Positions 56,850-64,000 of a stretch of 64,000 nt of DNA are shown here, piece by piece. Source of the stretch: a virus. The notes under the pieces were generated by a model. It ran no database searches and was not told the origin of the DNA. It was given only the letters and a program-made list of their open reading frames with translations. Position 1 is the first letter of the stretch. Every line of letters begins with the position of its first letter. The DNA lies in the IMG/VR virus record IMGVR_UViG_3300025141_000062, positions 10,094 to 74,093 of that record. One strand, written 5' to 3'. Made by a program: the position numbers and the translations under genes.

Positions 56850-59315
56850 ATGCATAAGATTGAAGATGTAATTAGCGCTTCAACTGACTATTTTGACGGA
56901 GACGATTTGGCAGCAAGCGTTTTTGCGACAAAATACGCGCTTTGCGATCGGCTAGGCGGGTATCAAGAGCAAACACCAGATGATATGCATAGAAGGCTAG
57001 CAAAAGAGTTTTCTAGAATAGAGTCAAAATATCCCAACCCACTATCTGAAGATGAAATCTACGGCCTATTTGAAAGCTTTAAGTATGTAGTGCCGCAGGG
57101 GTCACCAATGGCTGGGATCGGAAATAATAATCAAATTCAATCTATTTCTAATTGCTTTGTTATCGAATCACCAAGAGACTCCTACGGGGGGATACTAAAG
57201 TCTGATCAAGAGCTAGTTCAAATTGCAAAGAGAAGAGGCGGAGTCGGATTTGATATATCTACGCTAAGGCCGAAGGGTCTTCCAACTGGTAACGCAGCAA
57301 GAACTACAGACGGAATAGAAGTCTTTATGGAGAGATTTTCCAACTCTACAAGAGAGGTTGCCCAGGGAGGGAGGAGGGGTGCTTTAATGCTTACCATTTC
57401 TGTTCATCATCCTCAAATTAGTGACTATATTAACATCAAGAGAGATAGAAAGAAAGTTACTGGTGCAAATATTTCAATTAGGCTTTCTGATGAGTTCTTA
57501 ACAGCAGTTAAAAATAATGAAAAGCTTCATCTTAGATTTCCCGTTGAGAAAGGCGCAGATCACATTGTTGAAAAATGGGTTGAAGCAAAAGAGATATGGG
57601 ATGAAATTATTGACGCTGCTCATGATTCTGCTGAGCCAGGTTTGATTTTTTGGGATTCAGTGATTAGAAATTCTCCTGCTGACGTCTATGAAGAGGAAGG
57701 CTATGGAACAACGTCTACCAATCCATGTTCAGAGCTTCCGCTTGCACCATATGACTCTTGTAGACTAATGCTTGTCAACCTTATTTCTTTTGTTGATGAG
57801 CCCTTTACAGAAGGTGCTTCATTTGATTTTGAAAAATTTAGTCGCTGTGCTGTTAAAGCACAAAGACTGATGGACGATATGATTGATTTGGAAGTTGAGC
57901 AAATAGATAAGATTTTAAAGAAAATTAAAAGAGACCCAGAGTCAAAAAATGTTAAAAAGATAGAAAGAGATCTTTGGGAAACAATTAGAGAAAAAGCTTT
58001 AAATGGTAGACGAACTGGATTGGGAGTTACAGCTGTCGGAGACACTCTTGCGGCTCTTGGAATAAGGTATGGAAGTGAAACCTCTATCAGTGTCGTTGAA
58101 GAAATCTATAAGACACTTGCTGTTTCTGCATACAGATCATCATGTATCATGGCATCAGAGAGAGGATCATTTCCAATTCACAATCACTCTAAGGAGGAGG
58201 GTCACCCATTCTTAGAGAGAATCTGGTCGGAGTGTAGCCAGACATACAATATGAGCAAGCTGTCTGGAAGAAGGAATATTTCGATCTTGACAACTGCTCC
58301 GGCTGGATCTGTTTCAACATTAACGCAGACTACGAGTGGAATTGAGCCTGCATTTATGCTAAAGTACACCAGAAGAAGAAAGATCAGCCAGCTGTCAGAG
58401 GGAGTCGATGCAGATTTTATAGATGCTCTTGGAGATGCCTGGAAAGAATACGATGTATATCATCATGGTTTTAAAAACTGGATGAACAAGACAGGGCTTG
58501 CAGAAATTGAAGACTCTCCATATTACATGTCAACAGCAAATGAAATTGACTGGGAGTCAAGAGTTAAGCTTCAAGCAGCTGCACAAAGATGGATTGATCA
58601 TGGAATATCTTCAACTATAAATCTTCCTAGTGATGTTTCTGCTGATGAGGTTAAAAAAATCTATGAGGCAGGCTGGGAGCTTGGCTGTAAGGGCGTGACT
58701 GTCTATAGGGACGGGTGTAGAACTGGCGTCTTAATCAGCAAAGAAGATAATCAGAAAGGTGACTCCTTTAAGACACATGAAGCTCCACACAGGCCGTTCG
58801 AGCTAGAATGTTCAATTCACCATGCAACAATTAAAGGTGAGGCGTGGACAATGCTGGTGGGCTTATTGGATGGTAGACCGTATGAGATTATGGGAGGTCT
58901 GCAGAAATACATAGAGATTCCTAAAAAGTACAAACAGGGTCATATAATAAAGCACCCATATAAGACAAAGAACTCTAGATATGATCTACGTATAGGAAAA
59001 AATGGTGATGAACTTATGGTTAAAGATATTGTTTCCGTATTTGATAATCCCAATCATGCAGGATTTACAAGAACAATCTCACTAGCTCTAAGACATGGTG
59101 CGCCGATCAATTATGTCGTCGAACAGCTTCAAAAAGATAGGGAAATGGATATGTTTTCATTTTCCAGAGTAATTGCAAGAGTTTTAAAGACATATATTCA
59201 AGATGGAGCATCTCCAGGAAAAAATGTTTGCGAAAGCTGTGATTCAGTAGACTCACTAAGATATCAAGAAGGCTGTGTGACATGTATGTCTTGCGGCTGG
59301 TCAAAGTGCTCTTAA
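56850..59315 (+). CDS. nrdJ: Class II (adenosylcobalamin-dependent) ribonucleotide reductase
   Basis: SNCFV, RRGALM, TNPCSEL, APAGS, K.VTVYRDG; C-terminal Zn ribbon CESC...CMSCGWSKC; no nrdB nearby. Confidence 0.85.
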   Translation: MHKIEDVISASTDYFDGDDLAASVFATKYALCDRLGGYQEQTPDDMHRRLAKEFSRIESKYPNPLSEDEIYGLFESFKYVVPQGSPMAGIGNNNQIQSISNCFVIESPRDSYGGILKSDQELVQIAKRRGGVGFDISTLRPKGLPTGNAARTTDGIEVFMERFSNSTREVAQGGRRGALMLTISVHHPQISDYINIKRDRKKVTGANISIRLSDEFLTAVKNNEKLHLRFPVEKGADHIVEKWVEAKEIWDEIIDAAHDSAEPGLIFWDSVIRNSPADVYEEEGYGTTSTNPCSELPLAPYDSCRLMLVNLISFVDEPFTEGASFDFEKFSRCAVKAQRLMDDMIDLEVEQIDKILKKIKRDPESKNVKKIERDLWETIREKALNGRRTGLGVTAVGDTLAALGIRYGSETSISVVEEIYKTLAVSAYRSSCIMASERGSFPIHNHSKEEGHPFLERIWSECSQTYNMSKLSGRRNISILTTAPAGSVSTLTQTTSGIEPAFMLKYTRRRKISQLSEGVDADFIDALGDAWKEYDVYHHGFKNWMNKTGLAEIEDSPYYMSTANEIDWESRVKLQAAAQRWIDHGISSTINLPSDVSADEVKKIYEAGWELGCKGVTVYRDGCRTGVLISKEDNQKGDSFKTHEAPHRPFELECSIHHATIKGEAWTMLVGLLDGRPYEIMGGLQKYIEIPKKYKQGHIIKHPYKTKNSRYDLRIGKNGDELMVKDIVSVFDNPNHAGFTRTISLALRHGAPINYVVEQLQKDREMDMFSFSRVIARVLKTYIQDGASPGKNVCESCDSVDSLRYQEGCVTCMSCGWSKCS

Positions 59316-59331
59316 AGGAATAATAAGTACA

Positions 59332-59934
59332 ATGAAATGGACAACTAAAATGTCTCCACTCATTAAGGAAGTGGAACTAAGAAAAAATCCAGTAATTATT
59401 ACTGTAAATAAATTTGATGAAAAGTCTGCAAAAGAATTTCAACAACAGATGGCACAAGCACATAATACAGGGCAGAAGATAGTTCCTGTTGTTATAGACT
59501 CATATGGCGGACAGGTTTATAGCCTAATGTCGATGATAAGTGCAATAAACCATTCAGAGCTTCCAGTTGCAACAATTGTTGAAGGAAAGGCCATGTCTTG
59601 TGGAGCAATTCTTTTCTCTTTTGGAGAGCAGGGAATGAGGTTTATGGATCCTGATGCTACTGTAATGATTCATGACGTTTCAAGCATGGCATGGGGTAAA
59701 GTTGAAGAAGTCAAAGTTAGTGCAGAAGAAACAGATAGGTTGAATCAAAAAGTTTACACAATGATGGCCAGAAACTGTCGAAAGAAAGATGATTACTTTA
59801 TTAAAATTGTTCACAAGAAGGGGCATGCAGACTGGTTTCTAGATGCAGAAGAAGCAAAAAAGCATGGAATGGCAAATCAGCTAAGAGTCCCTAAATTTAA
59901 TATCAATGTCTCTGTTGACATAGATTTTGAGTAA
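59332..59934 (+). CDS. ClpP-like protease
   Basis: IDSYGGQV, GKAMSCGA (Ser), VMIHD (His), DWFLDAEEAKKHG. Confidence 0.85.
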   Translation: MKWTTKMSPLIKEVELRKNPVIITVNKFDEKSAKEFQQQMAQAHNTGQKIVPVVIDSYGGQVYSLMSMISAINHSELPVATIVEGKAMSCGAILFSFGEQGMRFMDPDATVMIHDVSSMAWGKVEEVKVSAEETDRLNQKVYTMMARNCRKKDDYFIKIVHKKGHADWFLDAEEAKKHGMANQLRVPKFNINVSVDIDFE

Positions 59935-59939
59935 GTCAT

Positions 59940-60860
59940 ATGGACAAGGTATTTTATAATAAGTCATCTGCATCAAGCCTTGGATGGGATCCTGGCTGGT
60001 TTGGCTGTGATCACTTTGATGATTCACTAACATCAGCTGTTAGAAAATGGCAAAGAGAGAATGGACTATCAGCAGACGGTCTTGTTGGTCCAACCACCTA
60101 TAGAAGGATCTGGACAGAGAGGGAGTCAGAAATATCTACTTTTAAACCACCAGATAGGAGATTTGACTCTAATAGATGGATTGTTCACAATGGAAAGTTT
60201 ATACCAATTGAATGGAAAAAAGTTGTCCTTTGGGATGAGCACGGCGGTCTCGATACAAAGAAGGGAAACTACTATGACTACTCAGGAAAACCAGATAGAA
60301 AGCCTACATTTTTTGTTAATCACTGGGATGTCTGCTTATCGTCAGAGTCATGCGCCGGCGTTTTAAAAAGAAGGGGTGCTTCTGTTCACTTTTGTATCGA
60401 CAATGATGGGACAATTTATCAACTTTTAGATACACAGCATGGAGCATGGCATGCTGGAGGGCAAAAGTGGAATCAAAAATCTATTGGAGTGGAGATATCA
60501 AATGCATATTATACAAAATATCAGAGCTGGTATGAAAAAAATGGACTGGGAGCTAGACCAGTTCTGGAGGATTCATGGACCCATGGGAACAAGCATAAAC
60601 CTCATCTCGGATTTTATCCAGTACAGATTGAAGCAGCACGAGCACTATGGAAAGCAGTCAACATCGGATACGGAATCCCCCTAGCCTGCCCAATAAAAAA
60701 TGGTGAGATGCTAACAGGCGTGTCCTCAGAGGCTGCTAAGGGAAAATTTGAAGGATTTGTTCACCACTACCACCTAACTAAAAGAAAGATTGATTGCGCT
60801 GGATTTGACTTAGAGTCAAATTTACAAATTGTCAGACAGTCACCTATGTACTGTTTATAA
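59940..60860 (+). CDS. N-acetylmuramoyl-L-alanine amidase with peptidoglycan-binding domain (candidate endolysin)
   Basis: AVRKWQRENGLSADGLVGPTT (PG-binding); NHW, SVHFCIDNDGTIYQ, AWHAG, SIGVEI, HYHL...KIDC. Confidence 0.85.
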   Translation: MDKVFYNKSSASSLGWDPGWFGCDHFDDSLTSAVRKWQRENGLSADGLVGPTTYRRIWTERESEISTFKPPDRRFDSNRWIVHNGKFIPIEWKKVVLWDEHGGLDTKKGNYYDYSGKPDRKPTFFVNHWDVCLSSESCAGVLKRRGASVHFCIDNDGTIYQLLDTQHGAWHAGGQKWNQKSIGVEISNAYYTKYQSWYEKNGLGARPVLEDSWTHGNKHKPHLGFYPVQIEAARALWKAVNIGYGIPLACPIKNGEMLTGVSSEAAKGKFEGFVHHYHLTKRKIDCAGFDLESNLQIVRQSPMYCL

Positions 60861-60875
60861 TTACATGGCAGAAAA

Positions 60876-61301
60876 TTGGAACTTATATCTACACATATCT
60901 GCAAGACGCAGAATATTGGATTTCATGGAAACCTTTTCGGAGGAATAATGCTCTCTTGGCTAGACGAGGCTGGTGCCGCTTTTGCAGCACAGGTTTGTGG
61001 AACACCAAGGGTTGTGACCAAGTCAATATCAGAGGTAGTTTTTGAAAAACCTGTTAGACCGGGACAGATTATAAAGATATACGGAAATGTCTTAAAGATA
61101 GGTGTTTCATCTCTTACAATCAAGCTAGAAGCAAGAAGGCATAGTGTGTACAATGGATCACAAAAAAAAGTTTGTTCAATAGATACAGTTTTTGTTAGAA
61201 TTGATGGTGATGGAGAACCTGTTCCAATTAGAACAATTAAGAAAGAGTATAGAGATAAGCGGCCGAAAGAAGTAGAATCAACAATTAATTCAAAAAAATA
61301 A
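60876..61301 (+). CDS. Acyl-CoA thioesterase (HotDog fold, YciA-like)
   Basis: HGNLFGGIMLSWLDEAG, VVT, F.KPV..G, FVRID..G.P. Confidence 0.85.
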   Translation: MELISTHICKTQNIGFHGNLFGGIMLSWLDEAGAAFAAQVCGTPRVVTKSISEVVFEKPVRPGQIIKIYGNVLKIGVSSLTIKLEARRHSVYNGSQKKVCSIDTVFVRIDGDGEPVPIRTIKKEYRDKRPKEVESTINSKK

Positions 61302-61323
61302 TAAAGATATTTTGTGTAAATAA

Positions 61324-61644
61324 ATGGTAGAAAGAGATAACAGAGGAATTGATCCTGAGCAGTCACTTCTTGCAAGGGCAGACGAAGCAAGAGTGATATG
61401 TGAAATGATCATCGGCAAGGTAGATGAAGCACTTGCTGAGGCTGACTTTAAAAACAGTGAAAGCTCAATTAAGACTTTATTTTCTGCAATAATAGGAATT
61501 AGATCAGCAATTATAAATAGAATGATATCAAATTCAGAAGCACTATCAAGAAATTATGGAATACTCGAAGGTGCTGAGCAATTAAGAAAGATACTAGAAC
61601 CAAGCGCAGGAGATGATAATAATGATGAACTGGACACCCCCTAG
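61324..61644 (+). CDS. Hypothetical helical protein
   Basis: 106 aa ORF filling the gap on the coding strand. Confidence 0.55.
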   Translation: MVERDNRGIDPEQSLLARADEARVICEMIIGKVDEALAEADFKNSESSIKTLFSAIIGIRSAIINRMISNSEALSRNYGILEGAEQLRKILEPSAGDDNNDELDTP

Positions 61645-62074
61645 GTCTCCATACAATCTAATCCAAGAACACTTGTGGGAAGATCCATGGAAAATATTTG
61701 TTGCATGTATATTTTGCAATCTAACAAGAAGGGTAGATGCAGAGCCGTATATATGGAAATTTTTTGATGAATACCCTACACCTGAGATTGCAGCAAATGC
61801 TGACCCCATAGAGATACAAAAGATGATATCGCCGCTTGGGCTTTCTGAGAGACGATCTAGATCACTTGTTAAGATGTCCAATGATTATATTAATAAAGAC
61901 TGGAAGAGAAGCCCAGATGTTCTCTATGGCATCGGAAAATATGCTTCTGATGCCTATATGATATTTTGTTCAGGCAACTGGAAGAATGTACAGCCTAAAG
62001 ATCATGCTCTAAATGACTATCATAACTTTCTTATTAAAAAATTTGAAAATCGTGAAGAGGTATCTGGTTCATAA
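61622..62074 (+). CDS. MBD4-like HhH-GPD mismatch DNA glycosylase
   Basis: WTPPRSPYNLIQE.L..DPWK....IF.N.T, PLGL..RR, HhH LYGIGKYASDAY.IFC, catalytic PKDHAL; SD AGGAG favours ATG 61622. Confidence 0.88.
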   Translation: MMNWTPPRSPYNLIQEHLWEDPWKIFVACIFCNLTRRVDAEPYIWKFFDEYPTPEIAANADPIEIQKMISPLGLSERRSRSLVKMSNDYINKDWKRSPDVLYGIGKYASDAYMIFCSGNWKNVQPKDHALNDYHNFLIKKFENREEVSGS

Positions 62075-62126
62075 AGATGTTTTTAACTTATAAGTTCTAA
62101 ATGTGTAAAATGATTTCTGGTGAGCC

Positions 62127-63431
62127 ATGACAGCAATTGCAGTTTTTGGACCTTCTGGGTCTAGCGGAGAGTTACAATTTGCTAATAGCTCTGGCGGATT
62201 TGATGCAGCTCAAGCATTTTGGGATGCAAGTAAGGGAAAGCTCTTTATATCTGGAAACCTTGAGGTTCTAGGGACAGAGACTGTAATAGACACACAGCAT
62301 CTTCATGTAGAAGATTCAATAATAGGTCTAGGGACGGGATCAGCAGGTCAGGGCGCCGCCGGTGATCGCGGGCTGATATTTCTAATATCAGGGGAAACAA
62401 ATCCCTCTCTTTACTGGGATGAGTCTGAGAGTGAGTTTAGATTTGCAAGGGTTTCAAATGTGCCGGGAGATAGTGCATTTGAAAATCCCACAAATGTAGC
62501 AGCAGGTGGATATCAAAATATTAGAGCAGGAATTATAAATACGGTCTCTGGTGCCATTTTTGACATATCACAAAGATCTCTTTCTGACATAGGGTCCGAC
62601 GTATTTCTTTATGCTGCCGGCTCAAGTGAAAAAAGATCAGTCTTTGGAGGAGACGTTGTAATAAGCGGGACACTATTTGGTGGGTCTCCCCTTAAGCTTG
62701 GGGGTGAGGTTGAATTTATTACAGATGACGGCGGAACAACTGATCTAAAAAATCCATCTGGAAGTGTCAAGGTTTTTGCAAGAGATGAGGTCAAAATTGG
62801 CTCTGATGATGGTCTTATTAGACTCATTGATCTTGGAGGGTCATCTGCTGGAAAGATATTCTTAACAGGCTCTAACACAAATACAAGTAGGCGACTTAAG
62901 TTCCTATCAAAAGGTCAAATTCAATTTCATGGACTAAACCCAAATGCAACATCTCCTGGGACTGATGTCTTCTTATTCCTGTCAGGCGCCATTGGCTCTA
63001 AGAGATCTGTCACTAGAGGGATCTCTCTTTTTGGAGGAGATGTCCTAGCATCAGGGTCACTTATAGTAGAATCTGGAATTTCAGGCTCTCTGACTAGGCT
63101 TGATAGCGGGATATCGTATCTTGCTCACGGAACTGATATAACGATAACTAGCGGATCTGCTGGTCAAGTTACAGTTACATCAAACGCCCAAGATCAGAGA
63201 AATAAAATAGTATATGAAGTTACAGCATCCCATGCAGCACAGGCAAGCCTTGTGATACCATCTTTAAATTTCTCAAATGTCAATGATGATCCAGATAGAA
63301 TAGATATCTTTGTAAATGGACAGCTGATGACGTCTGGCACTAGTAAAGATTACACAATTCCAAAATCTACATCAATATTATTTTATTTTAATTTAATATC
63401 TGATGACATCATTACAGTAAGAACGTACTAG
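62127..63431 (+). CDS. Tail fibre / surface virion protein
   Basis: ISGNLEVLGTETVIDTQHLHVEDSIIGLG fibre-type motif; repeated DVFL.....FGGDV..SG.L units; C-terminal DIFVNGQLM..G...DY. Confidence 0.6.
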   Translation: MTAIAVFGPSGSSGELQFANSSGGFDAAQAFWDASKGKLFISGNLEVLGTETVIDTQHLHVEDSIIGLGTGSAGQGAAGDRGLIFLISGETNPSLYWDESESEFRFARVSNVPGDSAFENPTNVAAGGYQNIRAGIINTVSGAIFDISQRSLSDIGSDVFLYAAGSSEKRSVFGGDVVISGTLFGGSPLKLGGEVEFITDDGGTTDLKNPSGSVKVFARDEVKIGSDDGLIRLIDLGGSSAGKIFLTGSNTNTSRRLKFLSKGQIQFHGLNPNATSPGTDVFLFLSGAIGSKRSVTRGISLFGGDVLASGSLIVESGISGSLTRLDSGISYLAHGTDITITSGSAGQVTVTSNAQDQRNKIVYEVTASHAAQASLVIPSLNFSNVNDDPDRIDIFVNGQLMTSGTSKDYTIPKSTSILFYFNLISDDIITVRTY

Positions 63432-63505
63432 GAATAGTTCTTATTATTTATTAGTCTGTCTCATTTGCTGTGAAAAAATGATTTTGACAGTATATCTCTG
63501 ATTAG

Positions 63506-63512
63506 ATACTTA
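63506..63512 (+). promoter_or_regulatory. Putative late promoter motif ATANTTA
   Basis: ATACTTA upstream of 63548. Confidence 0.45.
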
Positions 63513-63547
63513 TAATTGAAGTCATTACGACCAGGGAAGAAAGTTAA

Positions 63548-63769
63548 ATGAACGAGTATATTACACCAGACTTGTCGCTAGCAGCGTTCTTGCTAATGAA
63601 AGGCGTAGTGCTTAAGAAAGCAGAGAGAGAAAAGTCTGGAAAATTTATTTTTTTATTCAGCGATGATGACCACAGATGCCAAAATCTAGCTCTAGAGTTT
63701 CTAAACTCAGAGTTTTCTAATTACGATAATCATATAAGAAATCTAAAGAAGATCATATATAGTTCATGA
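63548..63769 (+). CDS. Small conserved phage protein (DUF5659-like)
   Basis: YITPDLSLAAFLLMKG...FIFLF pattern; 73 aa. Confidence 0.6.
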   Translation: MNEYITPDLSLAAFLLMKGVVLKKAEREKSGKFIFLFSDDDHRCQNLALEFLNSEFSNYDNHIRNLKKIIYSS

Positions 63770-63787
63770 TCGCACACGTGCTGATCA

Positions 63788-63890
63788 GTTAAATTTTATT
63801 CCTTTGTTAAGTTTAGTCAAGTTAATTTATATTAGTTTGCGTTAAGGACTTGTTAGATTGTTAGTCTAATTCCACAATGTGTGGGTTAGA
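63788..63890 (+). repeat. GTTA(A/G) pentamer repeat tract with terminal hairpin
   Basis: GTTAA 63788; tandem GTTAA-GTTTA-GTCAA-GTTAA 63806-63825; GTTAA 63841; GTTAG 63852, 63860, 63885. Confidence 0.55.
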
Positions 63891-63924
63891 TAAGCCAAAA
63901 ATCTAAAACAAAGGAAAATATATT

Positions 63925-64000
63925 ATGGCTATTAAAACAAAAATTAGGGTAGGCCAGGTATCTGGCTCAATGCCCACAGATTCTGAATCTGCTGCAGCTA
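63925..64000 (+). CDS. 5' end of a probable virion protein (truncated)
   Basis: SD AAGGA; MAIKTKIRVGQVSGSMPTDSESAAA... Confidence 0.6.
   Translation, partial: MAIKTKIRVGQVSGSMPTDSESAAA

Noticed and set aside
692-62878. All minus-strand ORFs and short alternative-frame plus-strand ORFs in the track (e.g. 16013-16516, 42566-43141, 60923-61390)
   Set aside because: They lie almost entirely within well-supported + strand genes, lack recognisable motifs and look like antisense or frame shadows; only the 38320-38601 frame was kept
1-64000. tRNAs, CRISPR arrays, introns/inteins, integrase, alternative genetic code
   Set aside because: None seen; terminase, RecA, helicase and RNR are uninterrupted and of normal length, and all three stop codons terminate genes under code 11

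Overview
A 64-kb segment of a large dsDNA tailed bacteriophage with a contractile tail (myovirus), with every credible gene on the + strand. It carries distant homologues of the T4-type head genes (terminase gp17, portal gp20, protease gp21, scaffold, MCP gp23), neck and tail genes (gp13/14/15, two tandem >1000-aa sheaths, tube gp19, gp26/gp51-like chaperones, tape measure, baseplate) and replication/recombination genes (primase, fused Mre11-Rad50, RuvC, SSB, RecA, 5'-3' exonuclease, helicase, class II RNR). The only polymerase in the window is a compact family-A one, not a gp43 type. Accessory genes include a sulfotransferase, an FtsZ/tubulin-family GTPase, a ClpP-like protease, an amidase, a HotDog thioesterase and a glycosylase very similar to eukaryotic MBD4. 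The most unusual signals are: (1) strong enrichment of [S/T]-G-S / [S/T]-A-S tripeptides in probable surface virion proteins, with a sulfotransferase directly behind the capsid gene (candidate virion glycosylation/sulfation system); (2) the MBD4-like glycosylase together with apparent CpG depletion; (3) two likely programmed frameshifts; (4) a recurrent ATANTTA late-promoter motif that also marks a nested gene inside the scaffold; (5) two structured or repetitive leaders; (6) a shared L-R-x-I-I-x-E helix in small probable head proteins. All calls come from motif recognition by eye; no database search was run.
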